Of a stretch of 64,000 nt of DNA, positions 39,373 through 54,627 are shown piece after piece. The first letter of the stretch is position 1, and each line of letters opens with the position of its first letter. A model generated the notes under the pieces. It was not told where the DNA came from and searched no databases. It saw only the letters and a list, made by a program, of their open reading frames with translations. Source of the DNA: Eledone cirrhosa (lineage: Eukaryota); the NCBI GenBank assembly GCA_964016885.1, contig OZ024742.1, positions 364,064,001 through 364,128,000 on the forward strand, read 5' to 3'. A program made the translations under genes and the position numbers.

Positions 39373-42300
39373 AAGAAGTTATAGTCCACTTGAAGCATTG
39401 TGTAATGAGGTATAAACGTTTGTGTATGTATAATAAAGCCAAAACAATGCACGTATGGACATAGAATAAAGAATGCAAATGCAAAAGATATTGTTGACAA
39501 TTAGTCTTTTACCTTAGATTGATTTAAATGTCCTTAATTTTCGAGATAATATGTCTTCTTCGGAGGGAAGTAAAGCGGTTAAACCAGTGTTCTAAATAGC
39601 TTACCAAGGTAAAAGAATAATTGTCAACAATATCTTTTGCATTTGCATTCTTTATTCTATGTCCATACCTGCATTGTTTTGGCTTTATTATACATATACA
39701 AACGTTTATACCTCATTACACAATGCTTCAAGTGAACTATAACTTCCTCCTTTCCTTACGCCTAAGCCAGGCCCAGTTCACAACTGTAAAGAAACTCTTC
39801 CAGCTATCTGAAAAGCGCGCCAAAGCTGGCTGCCAAATAAACTTCCTAAAACGATGCCTGAATAACAACATCATCCCCAAAATTATCGAAAACCTGCACC
39901 TACCAACATGCTTCAAATCACCAGGCCTCAAACGATCACTTAGCTACATACAAAAATTCTGCCTCAGGAAACTCATACAACACCTATACCGCACGCTACA
40001 ACAACACATACAGACTATTTCCAGCCTTGTACCACAACTCGCTGAAATCCCAGAACCTTTGTCCAGAGTTATCTCCGCCGCTATAGACAGGTCATACCAC
40101 CATCGCCGAGACTACGAAAAAACAGCCTAACGTAAAAATTTCTCAAACTCAGCACGGCTAACCGTCTTAACAACATACCAACTCTAAGCACCAACAGAGG
40201 CGAACAAGACGGTACCAACACCGAACTTAGCGGCGCCCCGACCAACAACACACCTGACGCAAAACATCTCGTCACAGACTTGACAGGATCCCTCTCCTGA
40301 GAGGAATTAGACCTCCTCAGCCTGGGTCCCAAGTTCATATTGAAACAGGGACTGGACGACAAATTATGACTCGACATAGAAACGAATTTCTGTCGGGCTG
40401 CCTACCAACTAAGATGGATATCGACTCTCGGAAACAACACCACGGAACCTAACAAACCCAGGTTCCCGATATACCAACTGGATCGCCCACTCTGTCCACC
40501 GCCTGCCAACCGCGAGCTTGAAGAAAAACTCTCGAGGCTAAAACATTCCGTATTTAACATCTTACGGAAACAGAAGATAGCCCCAAACCTCTTCAGGACA
40601 CAACTCGGCCTGAAGAACCTACGGAATAGGGAACTTATATACTTACCATCCGACAAAGGTAAAAAGTTTTGCGTCATCTCTCAAGCCACATACAACAACC
40701 TAGCCTTTGAACACCTAAGCGACAATGAACTATATACAGAGATCCCGGACATGATTGCAGCCCAGATCGAAAAACAGACTAAGTCCATCTGGTTCGACAT
40801 CTGTAGGAGAAGACAACTCCCAAATAAAGTTAAGCTCAACTACACCACTAGAAATAGCAGACTGCCCACTTTCTACCACCTCATCAAGACCCACAAGAAT
40901 AGTACTAAGACACAAATAAGACCCATCGTCTCTAGCATAGAAGGACCCCTATACAAAATTTCCTGGCTCCTCTCCCAGATCCTCAAGCCTCTACTCTCCA
41001 CCTTTCCCGGGAACGTCAGTAGCTCCGATGAAGTCATACGTAGACTACACCAACTCCAGCCAGAACAACTTAAACTAAATAGATACGCCTTTAGCCTCGA
41101 CGTTGTCTCTCGCTACACTACAGTCCCGCTCATCCAGCTCTCGATTTATTGACGGACTGCGTGGTCGCAGAGGACATCCACTGCTACGGCCCCCATCCGA
41201 CGGACATACACCAGCTTTTGTCCTTCACAGTGGACAACACGTACTTCACCATCCACCACCACACATACAGACAGACAACAGGATTACCCATGGGATCCAG
41301 CCTATCGGGCCTGCTGGCCATCACCTATATGAACCAGCTAGAATGCCGAGCCCTCAACACCTGCCATTCCCATACATTCTTCACCCGATATATAGATGAC
41401 ATACTCATCCTTACAACATCCCGTGAGGAGGCGGATAAAATATACACAACATTCTCCAGCATGGACGCCAGTATAAAGTTCAGCATGGAACACCCCGATG
41501 ACCGCGGATCCCTATCCCTACTGGACTTCCAACTCAGGGTAACAGAGGAAGGCAACATCCACACCTGCCTCTATAAAAAAAGCTGCCAGCAGGGACCTGT
41601 TCGTACATTTCCGATCGGCCCTCCCAGCCGGCGCTAAGTTCGGATACATAAGGAACGAACTTACACGTATCCGGAACAAATGCACCGACGCTAGAGACCG
41701 AGATACACACACCGCACATTTCCTGGAAGTACTCAAACTGAACGGATACACGACATCCACCACAAACCGTGCCATGAAGAACAGAGGGCACCACACCCGA
41801 GGCACTAACACTTGCTTCCTGAAGCTCCCGCACTTCAGTGACGAAACAACAACAGCCATCCGCAGAGCTATCAGACGAGTGGGATTAGATATCCAACTAG
41901 CCCACTCAGGTCCTTCTCTACGCAGACAGCTAACCAAACGACACTCCACCAGACATGACAACCGCTGCAGGTTAGCCAACTGCCCCATCAACGACACAGA
42001 CCTATGCCACCAGGCTTACGTCGTATACAAACTAGAGTGCGACAAATGCAGCAACTTCTACGTAGGTACTCTCCACCAGACCACTCCATATAAGAATAAA
42101 AGAACACCTCAATACTAACGCTTCCTCATTTAAGAAACACCTAGTTAAATGCAAAAACAGCGACAAAACCATAACAGTTAGGATAGAAACTAAGAAAAGA
42201 AACCTCGGCAATCTTAGAATTAAGGAAGCACTAATTATATACAAAACACAACCACCAATCAATAATAGACTAGAACTCAACACCCAATTTATAACTTAAT

Positions 42301-42873
42301 AGAGCATCTAGCCCCATATTTCCACCCCCCTCCCACACACACGTACACACACACACGCACGCACACACACACACATACACACACACACACGCTTACACCT
42401 CCACTTATTCTCTCTCACACACACACATACACACACAAAGACCAGTTCTAACACGTGATAACATCTATCCCCCCCATTTACGTATAGACATATCTTCTCA
42501 CACTCACACACGCACACACACACACACACACATACTTGCACCTTCACGCACTGTCCCACACACTTAAACAGGCATGTACAAAAAAAAAAAATTAAAGGGA
42601 GACTACTCTTTATCCACCTAACCTTAACTCTTTGATATTAGAGATAGAACAGATACCCTATACCATTTCCTGTCAGCATGACTTGGCAACCTATTTAGAA
42701 CACTGGTTTAACCGTTTTACTTCCCTCCGAAGAAGAGATATCTCGAAAATTAAGGACATTTAAATAAATCTAAGGTAAAAGACTAATTGTCAACAATATC
42801 TTTTGCATTTGCATTCTTTATTCTATGTCCATACATGCATTGTTTTGGCTTTATTATATATATGCAAACGTTT
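39371..42873 (+). mobile_element. Near full-length, frameshifted PLE with 5' inverted pLTR and 3' pLTR
   Basis: INFLKRC..IIPK, PSDKG, PTFYHLIKTHK, IRPIVS, FSLDVVS, QTTGLPMGS, RYIDD, LSLLD, VVYKLECDKCSNFYVGT. IR arms 39371-39515 and 39606-39750; pLTR 42686-42873. Confidence 0.92.
42724..42755 (+). ncRNA. Ultra-minimal hammerhead with CCGAAGA core (second copy 39532-39566 minus)
   Basis: cct-CCGAAGA-a-gagat/atctc-GAAA-at-TA-agg; the core is identical in both pLTR copies. Confidence 0.65.
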
Positions 42874-42892
42874 ATATATATATATATATATA

Positions 42893-43866
<974 letters not shown>

Positions 43867-44040
43867 ATATATATATACATACATACATACATACATACAC
43901 ACATATATATATATATATATACATGGTGGCTGCCAACTCGGTTATAAAGGTTTACATATACATAAAGTTATAGATATATATGTTGCAACCGGTCACTTTG
44001 TGGCTCTATGAAGAATTAATAAATTAAATAATCAGAGCAA

Positions 44041-45115
44041 TATATCATACATCATGTCTTTAGAATTATTAGATAACATATATACCATTTCCTCTCCCGA
44101 TCAGCATAATTAACCATATAAAAAATCAATTAGACCAAGCTATAAGAATAAAGGCTATTATGAAGAAATCTTCGACAAATAACCGAAAGTGGCCTCTTCG
44201 CGGTGGCCCCAATAGAGTATTTATCCAACATTTCGACAGCATGTAGAAACTGACTAAATATACCGTCAACCATACACAATTAGGTGTAAATTCAAACTTA
44301 GAAGAAATGTGTACATACCGTAATTATATCTCTACCATGGTTTCATCCGTATTTTTTGACATCCAATTAATAGGAACTGCCCAGAGTTCGGATTCATCAG
44401 GAGACAGACACAAAATTCGACACTTAGTTTTCCAAAGTGATCGCGCCAAAATTAGATTAAAAAATGGCTAAGAACCGCAATCTGGCAGTGGTCAAGTTAG
44501 AAAGAATGTGATTGGTTGCTTACGGCGGGTAGGCTTATTGCTAGAAAGCGCAGCCAAATATCGCCAAAGTGTATCTCAACCTAACGGGAGATTATTAAAT
44601 ATAAAGGTTTACATATACATAAAGTTATAGATATATATGTTGCAACCGGTCACTTTGTGGCTCTATGAAGAATTAATAAGCAACCAACCACAATCTTTCT
44701 AACTTGACCACTGCCATTTTTAATCTAATTTTGGCGCGATCACTTTGGAAAACTAAGTGTCTAATTTTGAGTTTGTCTCCTGATGAATCCTAACTCTGGG
44801 AAGTTCCTATTAATTGGATGTCTAAAAATACGGATGAAACCATGGTAGAGATATAATTACGGTATATACACATTTCTTCTAAGTTTGAATTTACACCTAA
44901 TTGTGTATGGTTGATGGTATATTTAGTCAGTTTCTACATGCTATCGAAATGTTGGGGCCACCGCGAAGAGGCCACTTTCGGTTATTTGTCGGAGATTTCT
45001 TCATAAGAGCCTTCATTCTTATACCTTGTCTAATTGATTTTTTATATGGTTAATTATACTGATTGGGAGAGGAAATGGTATATATTTTATCTAATAATTC
45101 TAAAGGCATGATTTA

Positions 45116-45120
<5 letters not shown>
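44041..45120. mobile_element. Inverted pLTR pair (about 44041-44520 and 44680-45120), each arm with a hammerhead
   Basis: Arms are reverse complements with scattered differences; 78-bp direct repeat at 43944-44022 and 44601-44679. Confidence 0.88.
44774..44853 (+). ncRNA. Minimal hammerhead (mirror copy 44327-44406 minus)
   Basis: tgtctc-CTGATGA-atcc...ggat-GAAA-ccatgg-TA-gagata. Confidence 0.85.
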
Positions 45121-45172
<52 letters not shown>

Positions 45173-45183
45173 CATATACAAAC

Positions 45184-45256
<73 letters not shown>

Positions 45257-45409
45257 TATATACATATATATATACATATACATGCACAAAAACTTTGCAA
45301 CTTTCAAATACCTTAAGCCAGTGTTAATGCCCGATGGCTAAAAACGCCCCCCCCCCTTTTTTAAACGCCAGACGACAAAATAGCCTCTCTACCTCCTTCC
45401 CACCCACCT

Positions 45410-47291
45410 CTACGTGTTAGAGTTAAATATAGATATATAAGAAAAACAATAATAAATGCATGGATAATTCTTTGGACAAAACTTCAGAACTGTGGAGTTT
45501 ACCACAACGCTAGTATATCAAATAACTGCGCACTCTGTACAATGGAGACCCCGTTGATTATTAATAACTACGAGACCCTAATTAACAAAAAAAGTGAATT
45601 ATTCTCTAGTTGTCTCCATAAAGCTACGTCCACATTCTTAGCCTCCCACAAAACGAGAAAAAAAAGAGAGAGAAACATAAAACCATTAAAAACGTGGTTG
45701 TCAGACGTATATAATCACTTTAGTGGCCTTTAATATTGCACTATCTTACAACTATCTATAGAAGAAATAACGCTCGAATGAAAGACACTTGTTCAATAAC
45801 ATGCTGGAACATTGATACACATAACATTATTCTGTTAACTTTGATCCATACCATTATTTATTTATTTCTCTATCTTTATCTTCCTATCTAAGTTTTAAAT
45901 CTGAGTTTTATATCCAACCCTTACATCTTTACTAAACTTATTTATAACTGAATTTTTCATGCGTTTCTGATCTCTTATTTATAATATGTATGTAATTATT
46001 TTTTCTATTGTTTTTAAATATACCTACTGCATTTTTATATCCAGGATTCAGATATAGAGCAAATATCCAAATTATAAATTATTATAAACATTATTTCGAA
46101 CTATGAATTATCCATGCATTTATTATTGTTTTTCTTATATATATATATATATTTAACTTTAACACGTAGAACTTTATTATATAAAATGATAACCGTTATC
46201 ATTTACCTAATGTATACTCTATCACTAATACCTAATATATAAATATATATCCATATATAACTCCCTGTATCTTTCTATACATAATTTTCAGTTAGCTTCT
46301 AAATATTTTTATTGGTTTTACTTTGAGCTAAGAATAATTAATACATTTACACACGGTTATATGGGGGTATATATTTAACTTTAACATGCCTTAATCTATT
46401 ATTTTAGTTTTATTTTCGTTATCGTTTACCTAAATTATACTGGCTCATTAATTAATATATATCTATATACATAACCGTTATTTAAATATGTCTAACAATA
46501 AGTACTTCAAAAGCTTTACATACCTAATATGTTGACAATGATTATCTTCATTAAATATTACATTTAGGAAAATATTCAACAGTGTAAACTTTCCTTATTG
46601 ATGGCCAGCTAAATCCTTTAAATGTTATCCTCAAAAAAATTTAGAAGCTTAGAAATGTTAACACACTTATAAAATTTACAAAACTAATATATAAATAACC
46701 ACCAATTTAAAAAAAACAACCTAAAATCTTGATTCTTCACCCTAAGATAACATAAATTAAATATTTTCAAACTTAACCGTTTAACTTTCGGAATAAAATC
46801 TCCTTCTGCATGCATTACCCCCCTCATCTTTCCCTCTCTTTTCCAGTGGCCCTCACCGACTGTTATAATTCATGAAATGCTTTCCTAGATAAATTGTAGT
46901 ATCATACATATTAAAATCTCTATGACTGTTACATTAAGCAACGTTTTTCTTACTCACACATTCTCTATTGAATGTATTACGTTTTCGCATTTTCTCATTA
47001 TTAGGGTATAAATGTTAAATTTTCTCTTAGGTTAATCACTACCTTGATTAAATCTTAATCATTTAACATCTCAGGGAATGTCATGTATCATTATATTTTG
47101 TCTGATGAGGACGTACTGTCGTACATCCGAAATATGTATAATAAAATGTAATTAATTAAAAGAACATCTATTTTATTAATATTTATATTCTAATATTAAT
47201 AACTCTGGAAAATTATTTTCTCGTAGAGTGCTTCCAATCTACTGTAAAACTCATTCTTTGATATACTCATTGAATTTTGTTTAACTCTTCA

Positions 47292-47293
<2 letters not shown>
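45410..47293 (+). mobile_element. Naiad-type PLE 3' portion with short 5' inversion
   Basis: NCALCTMETPLI..LINKKSELFSSCLHK at about 45520-45625; 45410-45470 inverts 46106-46170. Confidence 0.75.
47092..47150 (+). ncRNA. Minimal hammerhead
   Basis: tatattttgt-CTGATGA-ggacgtac tgtc gtacatcc-GAAA-tatgta-TA-ataaaatgta; 10-bp stem I. Confidence 0.9.
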
Positions 47294-47384
<91 letters not shown>

Positions 47385-47563
47385 CATATACATATTTATA
47401 TATATTTAGGGAAGCCAAAAATTGCTTATGGCAATGAAGTTCGTGGTTAAGACAGCCAGCTTCATGGACGGTTTCAAGGTACGGTTAGGGGTAACTCCAG
47501 ACGTTTGTAAGAATCACGTTCAATCTTGGAGTGTAAAGGATAAAAGAGAAGATTCACACACAA

Positions 47564-47623
<60 letters not shown>

Positions 47624-47739
47624 ATATGTGTGTATATGTATGTGTATGTGTATATGTGTATATGTATATATGTATATATATATATAGTAATAATAATAAA
47701 TTTGAAGACTAAAATCCAAAGAGGGATCGATAAGGATAA

Positions 47740-47816
<77 letters not shown>

Positions 47817-47930
47817 GTGTATATGTGTATATGTGTATATGTGTATATATGTGTATATGTGTATATGTGTATATGTGTATATGTGTGTATATGTATGTGT
47901 ATGTGTATATGTGTATATGTATGTATACAT

Positions 47931-49495
47931 ATTGTTATACTTTGGGAGGATCATGTTGCCGATAACAAACACACGCACCAGTTGCTTTCACTTTAATTTA
48001 TTATAATACATTTATAAATTTAGGAATTTATAAATTTCCGGTTGGTTGGTTGGTTCCACAACCAGATGGTTGTTTATATATTGTCAAAGTTCTTTCGTCA
48101 CACATTCTGTGACCTCTTCAGTGACTGGGGGTTCTTTTCTCTTTTTTTTTGTGCCTCTCCTTTGCTCTGTCCTACGCCATCTTGTTTTTGTGTGTGTTGT
48201 GTGCTTAGTTTGCGCATGTGTTACATCGGGTGTCTGTGTGTGTTTATATTCGTTTATTTATTTGTTTATTTACACTTTACTGGTTGGTTGTTTGTTCTAT
48301 GTGTGTGTGTGTTTTCATTTTGTCCTTAATTGTAAGTTGTGATGTTGCTGTTCCACTCATAATTTCTATTTAATTTTGGTTGTAATATATTTATGTTTAT
48401 TGCCTCTGTGATTTGTCTAAACATTGCGTCTTTTCTGCGTGTAGATTCTATTTTTATTTCTATGTTCTCTAATTTACCCTTATGTTCTATTTTAGCATGT
48501 TGGTAGAGTACAGATGATTCTTTACTATCTTGAAGGTCTCGCTAGTGTTCATTTATCCGTTCCCCTATACTACGAGCTGTCTCACCTATGTACACTATAT
48601 GTTTATCTATATAATTGTCCTTCAGTACATCTTATGCTATATACTACATTTCTAGTTTTTCAGTTAATATGGGGGCTTAATTTACAGATTATACATTTCT
48701 TATCTATACAGGGAGGTCTTTGAAAAGGGTATGTCTTGCTAATAAGTGTTTTTATGGTGGTACCTGGTCTTTCTACTATCTTAATATTGAGTTTATGTTT
48801 ATCTAGGGCCCTTCTAAATTTGTAAGCTAATTCACCTCTAGGGGTTGTATCGATGAACATTACACTCTGGTATTTATTGCTATCATACCATGAGTTTATT
48901 CTATTAGCCTTATTCCTAGTTCTTTCTATTCTATTCCAAAATTTGCTCCTATACAAGGAGCAGGTCCCATTTGTGTCATTATTTCCCATTTTTCCCATTT
49001 GGTTCTGGCTCCTCTATACACTCTGATTTTATCTCTCTGATTGTAACCAGAGAACTGCATACGGTGGATGAAGTGCTGTATGCGTCTCTCTAGTTCTTCG
49101 GGGTTGCACATGCCGGACACGTTTCTCATCACCCGTACCAAATCCGCAATCAGTATGTTGATTTTGGTATGGTCCGAAACAGCTGAGTTTCGGTGGATCA
49201 GATATTTGGAAGTCATGGGTTTGGCATAATGGGAATGGAGGATTTGTTTTTTGTTATTGATAGTTTCTAACCAGATCTGTGTCTAGTACAGGTAATCGAT
49301 GGTTGGGGTGTTTGCTTGGGTAGTCTATAGTAACTTTAATACTCTGGTGGATGGAGTTAGCTATTTGCTGGATGCTTTCCATTGTGTTTTTCTCTAATTC
49401 ATGACTGTTCTCTAGTGGGGGAGTTTTAACTACGATGTTTATATCATCAACGTAGCGGGAGTACATTATCAGGGTTAAGGGGTCTTCTAATTGTT
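47931..49495 (-). mobile_element. 5'-truncated PLE (RT C-half + GIY-YIG + pLTR); hammerhead 48083-48125
   Basis: [45 protein letters not shown]; close relative of 60579-61782. Confidence 0.88.
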
Positions 49496-49601
49496 TGTAT
49501 ATGTATATGTGTATATGTATATGTATGTGTGTATATGTATATGTATATGTGTATATATGTGTGTATATGTATGTGTGTATGTATGTATATGTGTATACAT
49601 A

Positions 49602-49675
<74 letters not shown>

Positions 49676-49684
49676 TATATTTAG

Positions 49685-51354
49685 TAAAATAACAGATCAA
49701 AGTTTAAGCAAAGAATCGCTGCTTTCACCCTTAACGGGATCTTCTGAAACTAAAAAAGTCAATCTGTAAACGCAGAACTGGATATTTCAAAAAACGTTGC
49801 AACCGGAGGAAGACAGGAAGACGATACGTTGGTTCGTGGTAACGTTCGCTGGCAAAGAACGGGAAAAAACGAATAATACGTCATTAATAGGAGCGGTGAA
49901 AAACAATTACGCGCAAAGACAAAACCACGTTTATGGTATAAAAGAGGTCGTAGACTAATGTTCTCTTAAGTGGTGCATAGAGACGTTCTCTGGCAATGAA
50001 CGAAAAAACGAAGATAATAAGTCATATGTGGAGCGTGGAGAACAATAGCACGCAAAGACAAAACCACGTAAATGGTATAGCAGAAATCGTAGACTAAAAT
50101 TCTAACTAGGAGACCAAATGAATCTCCGCTACAGAGTTAAGAACAAAGTAAATAAATACAATACAGAAGTAATAGGAACAAATAAATACATACACGCAAA
50201 CAGATACGTACATACACAAGCATACGCAAAACCTTACCATGGGTATACAAAACCACGCACATATAAATATGTGTGTGTGTGTATGTTTGTGTACAAATAA
50301 ATAAATAATTATATAAACGTATATAAGTAAATAAATACGTATATAACAAGCGCACACGCATACCTACATATAAATACACGAATGTTCGGAGACGTAAGTT
50401 AACTAAAACAAGAAGTACACATATACACACACCCACCATACGTACGAACCTGCACACTCACGCGGACGAAAAACTCCCGTATACACATAGCCAAACCCTA
50501 AATACCAGAATATGTAAAAATTATACGCTATAACAGTCAAATATACGTACGAGAAGGTATACATACCTTCACAAAACATACGGGTAATATATACTTACCT
50601 ATGCAAATACGTAATGCAAATACTTCTTGTTTTAGTTGACTTACGTCTCCGAACATTCGTGTATTTATATGTAGGTATGCGTGTGCGCTTGTTATATACG
50701 TATTTATTTACTTATATACGTTTATATAATTATTTATTTATTTGTACACAAACATACACACACACACATATTTATATGTGCGTGGTTTTGTATACCCATG
50801 GTAAGGTTTTGCGTATGCTTGTGTATGTACGTATCTGTTTGCGTGTATGTATTTATTTGTTCCTATTACTTCTGTATTGTATTTATTTACTTTGTTCTTA
50901 ACTCTGTAGCGGAGATTCATTTGGTCTCCTAGTTAGAATTTTAGTCTACGATTTCTGCTATACCATTTACGTGGTTTTGTCTTTGCGTGCTATTGTTCTC
51001 CACGCTCCACATATGACTTATTATCTTCGTTTTTTCGTTCATTGCCAGAGAACGTCTCTATGCACCACTTAAGAGAACATTAGTCTACGACCTCTTTTAT
51101 ACCATAAACGTGGTTTTGTCTTTGCGCGTAATTGTTTTTCACCGCTCCTATTAATGACGTATTATTCGTTTTTTTCCCGTTCTTTGCCAGCGAACGTTAC
51201 CATGAACCAAAGTATCGTCTTCCTGTCTTCCTCCGGTTGCAACCTTTTTTGAAATATCCACTTCTGCGTTTACAGATTGACTTTGTTAGTTTCAGAAGAT
51301 CCCGTTAAGGGTGAAAGCAGCGATTCTTTGCTTAAACTTTAATCTGTTATTTTA
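49685..51354. repeat. Long inverted repeat of a PLE 3' UTR/pLTR; arms 49685-50417 and 50621-51354
   Basis: Identical ORFs on opposite strands (50106-50357 minus and 50681-50932 plus); the + arm runs on to 51450 and (TA)n. Confidence 0.95.
51288..51338 (+). ncRNA. Hammerhead with CAGAAGA core (also 49701-49751 and 43004-43054, minus)
   Basis: agttt-CAGAAGA-t.ccc gttaa ggg.t-GAAA-gcag cgattct ttgc-TT-aaact. Confidence 0.72.
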
Positions 51355-51444
51355 ATAAATATTTGCTCTACGGTTCTTATATATTTGATATATATTTTCC
51401 TTATCGAGCCCTCTTTGGATTTTAGTCTTCAATTTTATTATTAT

Positions 51445-51566
<122 letters not shown>

Positions 51567-51589
51567 CACACATATACATATACACACAT

Positions 51590-52361
51590 ATTACTATGGG
51601 GTATTATATGGGGTATTATTCTCTATAGAGTGCTAAAGCTACATTCCGAATTTGCATGCATTCGTTAGCTTAGCCGCAGCCTAAAGCTTCGTTAATGCTG
51701 TACTAAAATTTGGCTTTTAACTCCTAGAATTAACGATTAACTAATTAATTTAATTAGACAATTCTATTGATTGATTAATTGTTTATGTTTGTTTGACAAC
51801 TTCTGGTTGAGTGCTTAATTCGGTTTGTCTAAAGGAATTTTTTTCCTTTGTCTCAAATTTGGAATTCACCGCCAAAATGGGGGTTACTTCACTTGGAGAA
51901 AACCACATGTCTGTAGCGAAATTTACTGCTAGAACACACCCGCCTGAGGCTAAAGAACGCAAGATATGTTGAAGAAGTAAATCCTTTGTTCTGTCGTCAA
52001 AGCCCATTAACTTGCAGACCTCTGCAAGTGGAATTAGTCGATCTCGGATTTACAGAAACCTACCGTGGATGTTGCGTTATATGTGATGTATATCGTATGT
52101 TATACGATATGCATCATATATTGCACTCGGTCTCCGCGCGATGGTCCAGGTCAGTCTAAAATCTTTTCCTGCGTCCTACCATTTTCGTTGCTATGGCAAT
52201 GCGGCTGGACTGTCGATCGCTATATTTGATTTGCAAAGCTGTCTAAACGTATTGTTATTACTCTGGGGTACTATTCTCTATCGAGTGCTAAAGCTGCATT
52301 CCGAATTTGCATTCCTTAGCTTAGTCGCAGTCTAAAGCTTCGTTAATGCTGTACTAAAATT

Positions 52362-52365
<4 letters not shown>
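51590..52365. mobile_element. Unclassified repeat with 100-bp terminal direct repeats; related to 26200-26580
   Basis: 51609-51713 resembles 52265-52363; 51755-52150 is homologous to the reverse complement of 26260-26580. Confidence 0.65.
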
Positions 52366-52405
<40 letters not shown>

Positions 52406-52408
<3 letters not shown>

Positions 52409-52705
52409 TTAATATAGATGAGATTCTACAAGACTGGAACTGTTTCATTCTTTAGAAATCCTCAGGAATCTGGCTTTCCAAAATAAATGTTGTGGCATTT
52501 ATATCTTTTCAGGTGGTAGGAGAGGGTGGGGAGTGGAATGGGTGGAGGTCATTGGTTGAAAGAAAAGGTAATTCATTAAAAGCTAATTCTTTAAGGCTAT
52601 AATTTATATTTAGAATGACCATGGCAGAAAGAATTCTATAAACAAGTTCAGATTGGGGAGCGACTCCCTTATTTTTAAGTTTCTCTTAGGCTAACAATGC
52701 CTATA
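52406..52705 (-). mobile_element. pLTR of the 56690/58200 family; hammerhead 52421-52471 (CTGAGGA)
   Basis: Homologous to 36844-37140. Confidence 0.85.
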
Positions 52706-52709
52706 TACG

Positions 52710-52829
<120 letters not shown>

Positions 52830-52888
52830 GTACTATATATATATATATACTATATATATATACTATATATATATATACTATATATATA

Positions 52889-52937
<49 letters not shown>

Positions 52938-52991
52938 TACATGTATGCTTTTGTGTGTGTATGTGGACTCCACAACATAACGTGGATATCA

Positions 52992-53095
<104 letters not shown>

Positions 53096-53136
53096 ATGTA
53101 TGTGTATGTATTTATGTATATGTATGTATATATATG

Positions 53137-53204
<68 letters not shown>

Positions 53205-53270
53205 CATATATATATATACATATATATACATACATATACATATATACATACACATACATACACACACACA

Positions 53271-53331
<61 letters not shown>

Positions 53332-53356
53332 TGATATCCACGTTATGTTGTGGAGT

Positions 53357-53399
<43 letters not shown>

Positions 53400-53745
53400 A
53401 TATTTAGAAACACACAGATACATGCGGACACACACATATACTTGAATGCATCCACACCCAACCGTGAGTTAAGGGTGCCAACCTCACCGATGTTGCTCAA
53501 TGAATGACTGGGACAGACCAATCCGGTTGAACCAGACTGAACCAGTATCAGAGTTAAAAATACATTATGAAGAGAGAAGAAACATTTAGATATAATTAGT
53601 AATAAAATGTATCATACCTAAACTGCTCCTGAGGCTTAGCTCTGTTTCTCGACCGTTATATCGCGTGACTATCTCCCCCTCCGCCTTTTGGGATTCTTTC
53701 TCACGTCGTGTAGACGCGTTCTTGAGGCTAGTAAAATGAGGTATC

Positions 53746-53831
53746 CTCTTGATAAGTCGGCAGACCTCGCAAGGACTCTATATCTTTATGATGTATTGTT
53801 TTTGTTTATGCCACGAAACTACGTAGTCGAG
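53746..53831 (+). ncRNA. Hammerhead with U3-A8 core in a fold-back pLTR (IR arms 53561-53630 and 53838-53907)
   Basis: ctc-TTGATAA-gtcggca...tgccac-GAAA-ctacgtag-TC-gag. Confidence 0.65.
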
Positions 53832-53919
53832 AAATCTAGGAGCAGTTTAGGTATGATACATTTTATTACTAATTATATCTAAATGTTTCTTCTCTCTTCA
53901 TAATGTATATATATATGTA

Positions 53920-54095
53920 TATAATATAAGATCAAAAGATGGTTAAAAGAGTTCCAAGTATTCTATTATGCGCATTTCAAAAACAAATATCATCATGGGA
54001 TGATATCTGCCTTCTCATCAGATAAAGTAGGGAGACATGATACGAAGCTTAAAAAACACTTGTGAGCAGTGAAGTTTTAAATCAACATATGAAAA
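53920..54095 (-). mobile_element. pLTR fragment of the 36156 family with hammerhead
   Basis: tattatgcgcatttc...tctcatcagataa. Confidence 0.8.
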
Positions 54096-54162
54096 ATAAA
54101 GTAAGATGGATATATGAGATTTGGAAAAAAATGAGGGGCAAAAGGTAGGGAAAGGTAGGGAA

Positions 54163-54349
54163 GATGAAAATTGCAAACTTGACTGTCACAACACATTATA
54201 AACCTGAAGATTGTGAAAGCATGAAAGTACTTTTTCAATTAACACTTAACATTTAATATTCTGCCATACTATTTCATTCTAATACCATTATAAATTTTAA
54301 AGGATTGTAAATAAAACGAGTAAATCAGACAAAGTTGGAACTCCTTTTA

Positions 54350-54350
<1 letters not shown>
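54163..54350 (+). mobile_element. Solo pLTR fragment of the 1-2643 PLE with hammerhead core (CTGAAGA at 54204)
   Basis: Colinear with 2454-2643. Confidence 0.85.
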
Positions 54351-54388
<38 letters not shown>

Positions 54389-54405
54389 GTGTGTGTATGT
54401 GTGTA

Positions 54406-54483
<78 letters not shown>

Positions 54484-54506
54484 TATATACATATATATAT
54501 ATATAC

Positions 54507-54574
<68 letters not shown>

Positions 54575-54627
54575 GTGTGTTTATATATATATGTGTGTAT
54601 ATATATATGTATATGTATATATGTATA

